Source: a virus
DNA length: 64,000 nucleotides
Direction: 5' to 3' (one strand)
IMG/VR virus record: IMGVR_UViG_3300028584_001238
The notes below the pieces were generated by a model. The model had not been told where the DNA came from. It was given only the letters and a program-made list of their open reading frames with translations, and ran no database searches. This document shows, piece after piece, positions 47,911-57,399 of the stretch. Position 1 is the stretch's first letter. The number at the start of each line of letters is the position of its first letter. A program made the position numbers and the translations under genes.

Positions 47911-48504
47911 TTATTTTAAACAATTTCGCTGAGCTGCATAATTATCCCATTCAGAAATATCAATAAGCATAAAAGCCTCATCTAGTGTATTCCAGCAACT
48001 AGCTTTATAAGATGTTGTAATTTTAGTAATACCATCATCAAAAGGCATTTCGTAGATGTTTCGAACATAATAGGCAGCTTCGCCTAATCTAATAAGATTG
48101 TAGCCTTCATTATGTAATGCAATCATATTATTTAAAGTGAGGTCAGTATTAAAAGTATAAGCACCCATAAGACCATAACCATAGCCGAAATCTTGTAATT
48201 GTTTATATTCATTTAAATTATAACCGGCATTAAAAATATCCGTAACATTCTGATAAGTAACTACAGTGACTGAGTTATTATTATTGACAATAGCTCTCGC
48301 AACTGCCTCATAACTCCCAAAGATAGAGTAATCATCTGCAGGCGTTTCTACAGGTGGTGTAGAAGCTGTTTTAAACACAATAGAATCATTAGCAAGCCCA
48401 CCACCAGAATTTTGCTCTAACCCAACAACCATTCTGTATTCTGCGTTTACGGGTGCCGCTGTCATTAAAACAATCAAAGCCGGTATACATAATAACTTGT
48501 TCAT
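47911..48504 (-). CDS. secreted protein, family D
   Basis: Signal peptide then AEYRMVVGLEQNSGGGLANDSIVF. Confidence 0.65.
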   Translation of the reverse strand: MNKLLCIPALIVLMTAAPVNAEYRMVVGLEQNSGGGLANDSIVFKTASTPPVETPADDYSIFGSYEAVARAIVNNNNSVTVVTYQNVTDIFNAGYNLNEYKQLQDFGYGYGLMGAYTFNTDLTLNNMIALHNEGYNLIRLGEAAYYVRNIYEMPFDDGITKITTSYKASCWNTLDEAFMLIDISEWDNYAAQRNCLK

Positions 48505-48668
48505 AATTATACTTCTAATGTTATATTGATATCATGCTACCACCACTTAAAAATGCTGTCAAATAGAGGTTATCTAGTAAAAAATTTATTATTTTGTTAA
48601 TGTCACTATTGTTAAATTTGATATTGTTATAGAAGATGTTAATCTATAAGCTTTAAAAGGACTCTTTA

Positions 48669-49547
48669 ATGATAACAAAAACAAATATGGTAATATTATT
48701 TCTATTTGGAATATTTTCAACATTAATTATAAAAAACTATCCAATCAATCCAGTGGCGATAGATCTTAAAATTGTCAGTATCAAGTGGTATGGTCTTTTG
48801 TTTTTGACAACAATTATAATTGCTAGAATAAAGTTAGTTAAAGATATAACAAAAATAGACAATAAATTAAAAGAAGACGATGCTTACATGCTTGTTTTAT
48901 ATGCTGTATTTGGGATGATTATTGGTGCAAGAATTTTATATCTAATCGTATACCAAGGATACCCACTGGAACATTATTTTAGTCATCCTCTCGACATTAT
49001 TGCTTTATGGAAAGGAGGCGTCTCTTTTCATGGCGGGTTAATTGGTTTAGTTATGGGCGTCTGGTTCTATGCTAGAAAATATAAAATACAGTTTTTGAAA
49101 TGTATGGACATTATAGCATTAACAGCTCCAATAGGTTTAGCAGAGGGTCGATTAGGAAACTTTATCAATGGAGAATTATGGGGGAAAGTGACGGACGGGC
49201 CATTTGGAATAGTCTTTCAAAATGCAGGGGCATTGCCAAGACATCCATCACAAATTTATGAAGCCATATTAGAAGGTGTTGTTTTATTCTTCATATTGAA
49301 AGCGTATTCGATGAAAGAAAGAACAAAAGGATCTATATGTGGATTGTTCATGGTTATGTATGCGATATTCAGATTTTCAGTTGAATTTGTTAGAGAACCC
49401 GATGCAAATCTAGGCTATATTGCTTTTGGTTGGTTAACAACCGGTCAACTATTATGTGTTCCAATGTTGGTGATTGGAATAATGGTAATGAATTATGATT
49501 CAATTTCGAAACAATTGTGTCGTCACCAAATAATAAAAGGAGCTTAG
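48669..49547 (+). CDS. lgt: prolipoprotein diacylglyceryl transferase
   Basis: WYGL, GAR..Y, W.GG.SFHGGLIG, GRLGNFINGELWG, RHPSQ.YE, RF.VEF.REPD motifs. Confidence 0.93.
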   Translation: MITKTNMVILFLFGIFSTLIIKNYPINPVAIDLKIVSIKWYGLLFLTTIIIARIKLVKDITKIDNKLKEDDAYMLVLYAVFGMIIGARILYLIVYQGYPLEHYFSHPLDIIALWKGGVSFHGGLIGLVMGVWFYARKYKIQFLKCMDIIALTAPIGLAEGRLGNFINGELWGKVTDGPFGIVFQNAGALPRHPSQIYEAILEGVVLFFILKAYSMKERTKGSICGLFMVMYAIFRFSVEFVREPDANLGYIAFGWLTTGQLLCVPMLVIGIMVMNYDSISKQLCRHQIIKGA

Positions 49548-49566
49548 GCTCCTTCTTGTTTTGTCG

Positions 49567-50106
49567 TCACTTTGAAAAAATTGCCAAGAAATCTTTAATG
49601 CCAGTCACAGTTACCAACGCTCGGTATGTAGTGCCTGAGAAGTGGCTGTCATCTACAATAAGCCCGCGACCTTCTGGTAAGTCAAGCTTATCAAAAATAA
49701 CCTCTTCATATTTAATACGTTGAGTTGACTTCATCTGGTTGATTTTGAACTTTGGCCCCATCAAGGCAAAACGTTCTTCATGGCTTTCGCGTTCTTTCTT
49801 CTGCAGATTAAGTGTGTTTGAAAACACTCTGACGTTCTCAATAGAGTTTTTCACCACTTGATAGGTCGGAATATCAATCTGATTCAACACATCACTGATA
49901 AACGATGCACTGCTTTCTGGGTATACCACAAAGTCATATTGCAATACAAAATCACGAATGTCATCAGCAATGGTTTTGACGACTTCCTCACGATTCTCAA
50001 CAGTATATTCAAACCTGTTCTTTAAACCGTAGTAAAGGTGCATAGCCTCTCGTGATTTCAAATCAATAAGATGATGCACTGAACCATTGCTAGCGATCTT
50101 ACTCAT
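49567..50106 (-). CDS. type I phosphoribosyltransferase-fold protein
   Basis: PRPP-binding loop LIVDDSHFSGTT. Confidence 0.6.
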   Translation of the reverse strand: MSKIASNGSVHHLIDLKSREAMHLYYGLKNRFEYTVENREEVVKTIADDIRDFVLQYDFVVYPESSASFISDVLNQIDIPTYQVVKNSIENVRVFSNTLNLQKKERESHEERFALMGPKFKINQMKSTQRIKYEEVIFDKLDLPEGRGLIVDDSHFSGTTYRALVTVTGIKDFLAIFSK

Positions 50107-50635
50107 ATTTGAAAGCGTCCTTGAAACTCTGAGCTGAAATGTCTTTGAGATTAAACCGAGTATTCACATAACCCATGTTGATTTTTGGGTCATTCATGCA
50201 AGAAACGTTAACAAAAATTGATCCATTAGTAGTGGGAATGTTACCACCTACATCATTACTGGTCATGTGCATTCCCAAGAAAGTGCTGTCTTGACTTACA
50301 TATTCAAAATTATAGGTATCTGTCAAAAACTTTTTAATTTCACGTTGGTTAACTGAACAATCAATATGATTGTTATAGCGAGTTCTTGCATCAATAATTT
50401 GAATTCTATCATCCGTAAACACAACATCAATGTTGGTATCTTTTTCTTTACGTTTGCACGACATTGCATTGCATTCAAAACGCTTAGCAACGAGGTCAGT
50501 CTTGCTGTCTTTAAAACCAATGCTCTGATAACTAAATTTTTCAAGGCTAAGTTCTTTATCAACATGTTCTTCTGCAAGAGCCATTGTCGAGGTGATAGCC
50601 AAAACAGCCACAAGAAGGCGAAAACTGGTTTTCAT
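50099..50635 (-). CDS. secreted hypothetical protein
   Basis: Signal peptide ending MALA. Confidence 0.65.
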   Translation of the reverse strand: MKTSFRLLVAVLAITSTMALAEEHVDKELSLEKFSYQSIGFKDSKTDLVAKRFECNAMSCKRKEKDTNIDVVFTDDRIQIIDARTRYNNHIDCSVNQREIKKFLTDTYNFEYVSQDSTFLGMHMTSNDVGGNIPTTNGSIFVNVSCMNDPKINMGYVNTRFNLKDISAQSFKDAFKYE

Positions 50636-50709
50636 GATATTATGACCTTAGTTAATTTAATAGCCTAGATTATACCTTGTTTTTTGGATTTGAGCAACGA
50701 AATACAGTA

Positions 50710-51492
50710 TTAAATCAAAACCATATCTCGAACTAAATTATCAGAAATGAATTTATAATTTAATTCCTTATGGTTTGTCTTGTAAACTTCTTCAATAGTC
50801 ATATCTTCAATAGGTAAAGTGCCATTTTGATCATCGGCAATAAAATGAATGAAATTTTGATGAATAATGTCTAAAATGAAATCATAAGTGGCTTCATTAC
50901 GTTCCAATTCTTTACGGCCATGACCCTGAAAGGCAAGTATACGTCGCATATGAGGGTAATGCACATTTTGAACCAAGTAAGAATCCCGAACAGTAATGAG
51001 GCTATCATCGTTCCATTCAAGAAAAAGATTAATTTTAAGTCGATGATCAGATGCAGAATTTTTATTCAATCCGTTAACAGAAAAAATATGTAATTTAAAT
51101 TCATGAGCAACTGACGCTGTATTATTTTTGACAGTCTGTTTTATGACAATAGGAGACTCACATTCGTCAAGTCGATACTGTTTGTACTTATGGTTTAAAT
51201 TATAACAGCTTCTGATTTTTCCATATAATTCATGTTTTTCAATTAAACTGGTGAAGTAATCAGTATGATACAAAGCAGCATCAGGTGGAATAATTAAAGT
51301 AGTTGTAAATTCATTTTCATTTTCTGGGGTTGTCATGAATTTATGTTTTAATTTTTTGTTGTCACCATAATAAACATTACCCACAAAAAGTTCAGGATTA
51401 TGTTTATCTTTCAAGAAAATAATCTTATTAACTGCTAGGTTAAAAGTTTCTTCAAATAGTTGCTTTAAATGTCGTTTGATAATGTTTTTCAC
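50710..51492 (-). CDS. hypothetical protein with MxxI tail
   Basis: 260 aa; ends LVRDMVLI. Confidence 0.65.
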   Translation of the reverse strand: MKNIIKRHLKQLFEETFNLAVNKIIFLKDKHNPELFVGNVYYGDNKKLKHKFMTTPENENEFTTTLIIPPDAALYHTDYFTSLIEKHELYGKIRSCYNLNHKYKQYRLDECESPIVIKQTVKNNTASVAHEFKLHIFSVNGLNKNSASDHRLKINLFLEWNDDSLITVRDSYLVQNVHYPHMRRILAFQGHGRKELERNEATYDFILDIIHQNFIHFIADDQNGTLPIEDMTIEEVYKTNHKELNYKFISDNLVRDMVLI

Positions 51493-51524
51493 GATAAAAA
51501 CCTTTTAATTAAAATTTTTTAATA

Positions 51525-51734
51525 TTAAGCGAGTTCACTAGCTTGAAGGCGTTTTGGAAGTCCATTCACTTTGAAAGTGATATAATCATTGCCTACAAAC
51601 AAATTGGAAATAGTATGCAGTGTCCAGTTGTAGCCTTTATTTTTACCAACAGTCTGGATTGCTTTCAAAATTTCCAATTCGAGCACTCTGGAACGTTCAC
51701 TAATTTCCTGAAATTCTTTAAGTTTATCGTACAT
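51525..51734 (-). CDS. hypothetical protein
   Basis: 69 aa, AGGAG RBS. Confidence 0.55.
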   Translation of the reverse strand: MYDKLKEFQEISERSRVLELEILKAIQTVGKNKGYNWTLHTISNLFVGNDYITFKVNGLPKRLQASELA

Positions 51735-51759
51735 TATTATCTCCTAGTTAAAAACACTA

Positions 51760-52485
51760 TTAATGTTCCTGTTGAAATTTGTCCCACTCTTTTTTAATGT
51801 CATCATAAGACAGATAAACAGAAAGACGTTCACCGCGACCAGATAAGTTTTGATTGGTAGCATTACGAAGATTACTGACCTCTGTGGAGCCTGTCAAGAT
51901 CCCGACAACTTTGCCATCCAAACCATAAGCAGGGCCACCTGACATGCTATTCACAATCTGGTTATCTGCGACGTTCACCAGCATATCGGTATTTGATTCG
52001 CTGTATGTTTTGACATTTAAATCCATACCAAACTCAGCACGAAAGCGAGCTTCACTTTCAATACCTACGAACGTAATTCGTTCATTAGCAACATGAGAAC
52101 GCCAATCAGGAATAGGGGTTGTTGCTTTTCGTTTGACGAACTGAATGTCACACCCTTTTGGGCATTGATAAACAGATCCGTCAATAAACTTAACATTCTT
52201 CGCTGTGATGGCATAATCTTCATTCCATTGAACACCACTGGCATATTGTGATTGAGAGTTTTTAATCATCTTTCCATTTTGATTAACCACAACTTCAACA
52301 GTTTTTTCAAAGGCGATGAAACTCAGTTCTCGACCGCCCATATTAACACTGGCATCTTGCACAACATTGTAGTTTTTAAGTCCATCAATGGGCTGTTTTG
52401 CTCGTTCAGCTTCTGAATTGAAGGGATTAAACGAACAACCAACAATCAAGCTGGTAATCGCAGCAATAACGATATGTCTGAACAT
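51760..52485 (-). CDS. lipoprotein with trypsin-like fold, catalytic His replaced
   Basis: Lipobox IVGC; SGVQWN..AITAKNV; SMSGGP..G.VVGI. Confidence 0.65.
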   Translation of the reverse strand: MFRHIVIAAITSLIVGCSFNPFNSEAERAKQPIDGLKNYNVVQDASVNMGGRELSFIAFEKTVEVVVNQNGKMIKNSQSQYASGVQWNEDYAITAKNVKFIDGSVYQCPKGCDIQFVKRKATTPIPDWRSHVANERITFVGIESEARFRAEFGMDLNVKTYSESNTDMLVNVADNQIVNSMSGGPAYGLDGKVVGILTGSTEVSNLRNATNQNLSGRGERLSVYLSYDDIKKEWDKFQQEH

Positions 52486-52589
52486 GATTACTCTCTATGT
52501 TGGTTTATGAGGTTGTTATTATATCAAAAAACTAAAATATAAGCAACAAAAAAGGACTTCCCAGTCCTTTCAAATGTAACAAGATCAAA

Positions 52590-53231
52590 TTATTTCTTAG
52601 TCGATTTCAGCTTATATTTCTTTGTCCTAACGAGTTCCACATGCTCTTTCATTTGGAAATACGTCTTTTTAGAAACATTGCAAGACCAAACAGCCGCCTC
52701 ACTATCATCACCATTGGCATAACGATTTTTGATAAGCCCTAACATAATGGTGCCCACTTCAACTAACGCATCTCGCCAATCCTTATCCATTGTCTCAGGT
52801 GGATGCCAAAACAAACTGTTGCCACCATCAATATCAATGTTTTTTGGAAGCTGCGAATCATCTATTGCAATGTTATTATCAACAAGTTCATCAATATGTT
52901 CAATTAAGAAACCTGAATGAAAAGAAAGAAACTTTCGATTCAAAGCAATCACAGCATCATCTTTTTTCAAAAAGTATTGATGTGGGTTGTTTTTTATTTT
53001 GCTTTGTTCTTCATCAAAATGAACCAAAAAATCGCGAACAGACAGTGGTGCTTTACGATCTGCTTTCCAGCGGCGGTCTGGATTTTTTGCTGTGCAGTAG
53101 ATAGAACCACCAGACCACTGATAACCCGTGCCAATGCAAAAGAAAACATGACGAAGAACTCTCCAACGAGTATCAAAAGCAGAGTTATAGTTAACCATCG
53201 TATCTTTAACACAATCATGTACAGTTGTCAT
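52590..53231 (-). CDS. hypothetical protein, distant paralogue of neighbour
   Basis: LFW.PP...D.DW...L and late W motif shared with 53237-53821. Confidence 0.65.
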   Translation of the reverse strand: MTTVHDCVKDTMVNYNSAFDTRWRVLRHVFFCIGTGYQWSGGSIYCTAKNPDRRWKADRKAPLSVRDFLVHFDEEQSKIKNNPHQYFLKKDDAVIALNRKFLSFHSGFLIEHIDELVDNNIAIDDSQLPKNIDIDGGNSLFWHPPETMDKDWRDALVEVGTIMLGLIKNRYANGDDSEAAVWSCNVSKKTYFQMKEHVELVRTKKYKLKSTKK

Positions 53232-53236
53232 AATAA

Positions 53237-53821
53237 TTATGCCTTCTCAAGTTGTTTAACAATTGACCAAATTTTCCGGTGCAGATCATGAGCTTCTTGA
53301 TTTTTCCAAATAGTATCATCATTAGCCGACCCATACTCACCACAAAACTCTCTCCATAACGCAGACGATCCATCATGGGCAATAAATTTTAGTTCTTCAA
53401 TCCAAACAGGGTCAACCTTTTTAGGCAAATTGAAAAATAACGAATCTTTTGTAATTACACTGGCCGGGTAGTTATTTGAATAGCTTTTATGACTGCCACT
53501 GAAGTGAGCTGGAGATTGTGAAATCTCATCAATGTTGGCTTCAAGGAAAAGACAAAGCTTTTGTTCATACTCTTTACGAATAGCAATCTCTTTTTTAGAC
53601 AGCTTCGAACCTTTCAAGCTTTTCGCATAAGGTTTGGGATCATGGTTCATGTTTTGGCTAAGATTCAAATCAAAAGCTGGCACGATATGTCCATCTGCTG
53701 AGAACGAAAAGGGTGATTTCGAATCAAAGAAAATAGTAAACAAACAATCCATACGCCACTTATGAATGGAAGGATTGCTAAGGATCATGGATTTGTAGAT
53801 ATCGGATGGAATTGGGTTCAT
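53237..53821 (-). CDS. hypothetical protein
   Basis: LFF.LP..VD.VW...L. Confidence 0.65.
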   Translation of the reverse strand: MNPIPSDIYKSMILSNPSIHKWRMDCLFTIFFDSKSPFSFSADGHIVPAFDLNLSQNMNHDPKPYAKSLKGSKLSKKEIAIRKEYEQKLCLFLEANIDEISQSPAHFSGSHKSYSNNYPASVITKDSLFFNLPKKVDPVWIEELKFIAHDGSSALWREFCGEYGSANDDTIWKNQEAHDLHRKIWSIVKQLEKA

Positions 53822-53951
53822 TTGCTCGATTACCTAGTGATTTAGATGGCTTATCATATCATAAAGCACTCAACAAGTAAATCAAAAACAAAATTTAAGC
53901 AATAAAAAAGGACTGATAAGTCCTTTTCTAAATACAAATAAGACCAATTAA

Positions 53952-54656
53952 TTATTTAACAGGTTTGACTAAATTCCATGCTCTAATCAATTCACTGTAT
54001 GGAATATACAAAGCAAAATAACCAGAATCAAAACCATCCAGATAGGTTAATCGTTCCCCTGAATCATCTACTGTGTTGACGAAGCCAGATATAATACCAA
54101 TCACTTTACCATCCGTTCCATAAACAGGGCCACCTTCTGCATTATTCTCAACAATCGTTGTAGGCACTGCATAAACGGGATAAGGTGTAATGTCAGCACT
54201 GATAGCCGAAACGTCAATGTCCATTGACTTAAAGACAAACGTTTCGTCAACTTCATCAGAAGCCCCTAACAGAATAACAGGCTCGTTACTGATACGATGA
54301 CGCCATTCAGGCACTTGTGATGTTTTATGTTTCTTGATAAAGACAACACCACATGCATCAAGACAGGCAAATTTATCATTTTCGCTTTCAGTCGTTTTTA
54401 ACGTAACCACATAGTCATCGTTCCACTGAACGCCACTGGAAACAGTAAAATAGGTGTCTGTTCCATCTGTTTTACGACTTTCAAACCTGACATAGTTCAA
54501 ATTGTTTTGTGGCTCATGAACAGTTTCAAGAATAGAATAGTTATCTTTCTTTCTGTCCAATGTTTTACCGATGTCATGAACGGCACAACCAGTAAGGAAT
54601 AATCCCGAGAAAAGAACCGCCATCAATTTAAACATAATACACTCCTTAGTTTGCAA
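53952..54656 (-). CDS. lipoprotein with degenerate trypsin-like fold
   Basis: Lipobox LTGC; SGVQWNDDYVVTLKT; NAEGGP in place of G.SGGP. Confidence 0.65.
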   Translation of the reverse strand: MQTKECIMFKLMAVLFSGLFLTGCAVHDIGKTLDRKKDNYSILETVHEPQNNLNYVRFESRKTDGTDTYFTVSSGVQWNDDYVVTLKTTESENDKFACLDACGVVFIKKHKTSQVPEWRHRISNEPVILLGASDEVDETFVFKSMDIDVSAISADITPYPVYAVPTTIVENNAEGGPVYGTDGKVIGIISGFVNTVDDSGERLTYLDGFDSGYFALYIPYSELIRAWNLVKPVK

Positions 54657-54751
54657 CTATTATATATCAATTCCTAATAAATGAAAGGTCTAGATGAAAA
54701 AAAGAGCCTTTCGTCGGCTCTTTTAATTAACATATTTGCTTTTGTTTTGTA

Positions 54752-54973
54752 TCAATCAAACGTATTGCAATTAATACAAGCATCATGAGCTTCACCTGTG
54801 CTATAAGTCTGCAAAACAGCTTCGGCACACGCATGGCGGGTATCACGATCTTGTTCTTTCAGAATACGTCGAAGAACAGCTTTAAAAGCAGCATCAGGTG
54901 TAAATCCCGCTTCCATCTTCGCCATAAAGCTTGCCATTTCTTCATCAATTTTTTTATTAAGTTTGCTGGTCAT
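54752..54973 (-). CDS. hypothetical protein
   Basis: Start MTSKL at 54973. Confidence 0.6.
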   Translation of the reverse strand: MTSKLNKKIDEEMASFMAKMEAGFTPDAAFKAVLRRILKEQDRDTRHACAEAVLQTYSTGEAHDACINCNTFD

Positions 54974-55133
54974 ACTCGTTACTCCAAATAAATTAGTGTG
55001 GGTGCAGTATACCAAAGATGTTTTTAAATGTCATTACTTATTTACAGGCAACAAAAAACCCCGGACATTCACATGTGCGAGGTTCTTACAACAGCTCCTA
55101 ATGGTCTTACTTCCGCTCCCCAGCGGGTCTTAC

Positions 55134-55400
55134 TTAGACAACAGTGAGTTCAGCAACGAACTCAGTCATCCAAAGCTTTACCTGACCATCATTTTCTTGC
55201 GAACGCTGACTGAAAATGACGCCTGTGGTGTCAATCAATTCTGGATGTTCAGCATCCTTGTCAGGAGTGATAACAAAACGGTTATCCTGACCATACTGGC
55301 ATACTTGCATGTGTTCGTATTTTGCAGCATCACGGGCATCTTCTACTTTGGTGTAGAAACGAACTACATAGTTATCAACAGAAACTCGTTCACTGATCAT
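55134..55400 (-). CDS. hypothetical protein
   Basis: Likely start MISERV at 55400. Confidence 0.55.
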   Translation of the reverse strand: MISERVSVDNYVVRFYTKVEDARDAAKYEHMQVCQYGQDNRFVITPDKDAEHPELIDTTGVIFSQRSQENDGQVKLWMTEFVAELTVV

Positions 55401-55506
55401 GGTAAAGCACCTTTGTGTGTTTGTATGCGTAGAGTATAGCACTTCTCACAACTTTAAACAATAAAAAAATGTGGTACAATGTAAATAATCAACAATAAAG
55501 ATAATT

Positions 55507-56139
55507 ATGAATAAAGAGACAATAGATTACTACAATAAGAATGCTGATGAGTATGCTCAAAGCACTATCAACTTGGACATATCCGATCTCCATAAAGAGT
55601 TTACCAAGAATATGCCTGCTGGTGCAAAGATCTTAGACGCTGGCTGTGGTTCAGGACGTGACTTAATTGCTTTCAAAAACCTTGGATTCAATGCTCAAGG
55701 TATGGATGCTTCCAAAGAATTAGTCGAAATCGCAAAAAGCAATTCTGGTGTAAAGGTTGAGCACAAAGACTTCTCAGAAATAAACTGGAAAGGTGAATTT
55801 GATGGTGTGTGGTGTATGGCTTCGTTGCTTCATTTGAACAAAGAAGAATTGAAAAGCACATTACTGAAAATTGCTGATAGTATGAAAGAAGGCGGAAAGA
55901 TTTATGCCAGCTTCAAAAGTGGTGAAGGTGAATCAAGTGATCCAAAAGGAAGATTTTTCAGCTACTACACGATACCAGAATTATCAAAAATCCTTGAAGA
56001 TTCGAAATTGTTCGGTGATGTGAAGTTATATCATGGTGCTGACAAACAAGGTCGTGAAGACACTCAGTGGATCAACCTGTTAGCCAACAGAGAAACGCCA
56101 AAACCAAAAAGTGAAAACAAACGAAAATTCAAAATGTAA
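55507..56139 (+). CDS. class I SAM-dependent methyltransferase
   Basis: KILDAGCGSGRD motif I; FDGVWCMASLLH. Confidence 0.85.
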   Translation: MNKETIDYYNKNADEYAQSTINLDISDLHKEFTKNMPAGAKILDAGCGSGRDLIAFKNLGFNAQGMDASKELVEIAKSNSGVKVEHKDFSEINWKGEFDGVWCMASLLHLNKEELKSTLLKIADSMKEGGKIYASFKSGEGESSDPKGRFFSYYTIPELSKILEDSKLFGDVKLYHGADKQGREDTQWINLLANRETPKPKSENKRKFKM

Positions 56140-56333
56140 ACAAACAAAAAAGACTTCAGAAGAAGTCTTTTTTTTGTACTATGTGGTTGCTATTTCCACC
56201 ACCAAGTCACCGATTATCACTGCTTCTACGGTCAAGGATTGCTCCTATCGCTCTGCTAAACCGCTGGGCCGGTATAATTCCCGTATCAAGCTGCCAGTCT
56301 TAACTTAATGCAGGTCTTGCTCTGTTTGAACGA

Positions 56334-56504
56334 TTAAAGATCGTGACAATCTTTAAGTTCAGATCTAATCAAATCTTTGTCTTGCTGTCTTTCAATGCGA
56401 TGGCACTTCTGTTTGGCCCAACGACCGGGAGAAGAATAGCACATAGGACGCTTAGACCAATATTCATAACCACAACCTTTACTACCTTTTACACTTCTGG
56501 ACAT
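56334..56504 (-). CDS. 56-aa basic phage-type protein, not in ORF track
   Basis: AGGAGG RBS; MSRSVKGSKGCGYEYWSKRP...RWAKQKCHRIERQQDK. Confidence 0.7.
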   Translation of the reverse strand: MSRSVKGSKGCGYEYWSKRPMCYSSPGRWAKQKCHRIERQQDKDLIRSELKDCHDL

Positions 56505-56529
56505 AATTTACCCTCCTAGGGTTAACATT

Positions 56530-56565
56530 TTATAATCGTGTCCAGATTCTCTCGTATGTAGGCAT
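56530..56565 (-). other. 11-codon small ORF MPTYERIWTRL
   Basis: TAAGGA upstream; directly precedes 56334-56504. Confidence 0.35.
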
Positions 56566-56580
56566 GTTCAATTTTCCTTA

Positions 56581-56688
56581 TTAACGTTTATTTAAAGTTG
56601 CAAGTAGGAACGTAAGCCTTTCCTCTTTCTTCGCACGGTTCAAGCCGCTTGCAATTTTACATTTTTTTCTTCGTCTTATTTTCATCAT
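56581..56688 (-). CDS. 35-aa basic small ORF
   Basis: Hand translation MMKIRRRKKCKIASGLNRAKKEERLTFLLATLNKR. Confidence 0.35.
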   Translation of the reverse strand: MMKIRRRKKCKIASGLNRAKKEERLTFLLATLNKR

Positions 56689-56699
56689 CTTACTAAAAA

Positions 56700-56890
56700 T
56701 TCATTGCTGCAATAGGAACCGATTACCTATGCCTTATCGACTCCACCACGAAGGTGGGAACCGTCTGGTTCTGCCCGGTCACAATCCGGTCGGACAGGCT
56801 ACAAGAGCCTACAGCAAATCTGGCCGCCGAAGTAGGGACTAGCCTACGACATCATAGATTACACAGTCACCTGAATCCCCTATGATTATT
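56700..56890 (-). ncRNA. GC-rich multi-hairpin non-coding segment
   Basis: Stems atcatag/ctatgat, gtagg/cctac, aggct/agcct, ccgg/ccgg, ccac/gtgg, atagg/cctat. Confidence 0.4.
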
Positions 56891-56910
56891 CGGCAATAAA
56901 AAGGTGTAGC

Positions 56911-57123
56911 TTATACTGCTGTTTTTGCGTCCATTTCAGCAAGACGACGATCCATATCCGCACGCATTTCAACAATCTGCTGAGCGTCAGCCTTCATACA
57001 AGCAATGGCAGATTTATCAAACAACGTTTCAATATGAGCAAAGACAGCTTGGCGTTGTTCGGCAGTCAGGTAAGAAACAAGTTGACTAGCATACTCAGTT
57101 GCAAATTCGTTATTCTCAATCAT
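56911..57123 (-). CDS. hypothetical protein
   Basis: Start MIENNE at 57123 after GGAGAG; the longer ORF-track version runs through structured RNA. Confidence 0.6.
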   Translation of the reverse strand: MIENNEFATEYASQLVSYLTAEQRQAVFAHIETLFDKSAIACMKADAQQIVEMRADMDRRLAEMDAKTAV

Positions 57124-57148
57124 GACACTCTCCATCACTGTTAAAAAG

Positions 57149-57354
57149 AAAAAAGCTGTCATCGACAACTCTTTGAAATAGGGTTTGCAACAAGAGCCGG
57201 TTCGCCCAACCGTTTTAATCGAGGAAAACAGCACCCTCAATGCCCTTGTTGCTAAGAGAGGGACTAAGAAATCACCTCTCCTTCTTACAATGGCTCGCCC
57301 GACCACCGCTACCATTCAGAACCATTTAAGTGGTTCTCCGTATTCGTTTAACTG
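57149..57354 (-). ncRNA. structured RNA 2 (5' module plus one 3-way-junction motif, ends in terminator)
   Basis: TTGTTA-17-TATAAT promoter 57361-57389; junction 57187-57252; terminator 57149-57170. Confidence 0.6.
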
Positions 57355-57399
57355 GTCGCTATTATACATCAACCACCTGTAAATAACAACCTTTTAATT

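Noticed and set aside
56600-56790. GAGGAAAG and CAGAAC..CGG fragments reminiscent of RNase P RNA
   Set aside because: Imperfect matches and in the wrong order
57124-57315. N-terminal extension of ORF 56911-57315 and + strand ORF 57185-57382
   Set aside because: Overlap the conserved RNA motifs and cross a terminator; a good RBS lies at 57123
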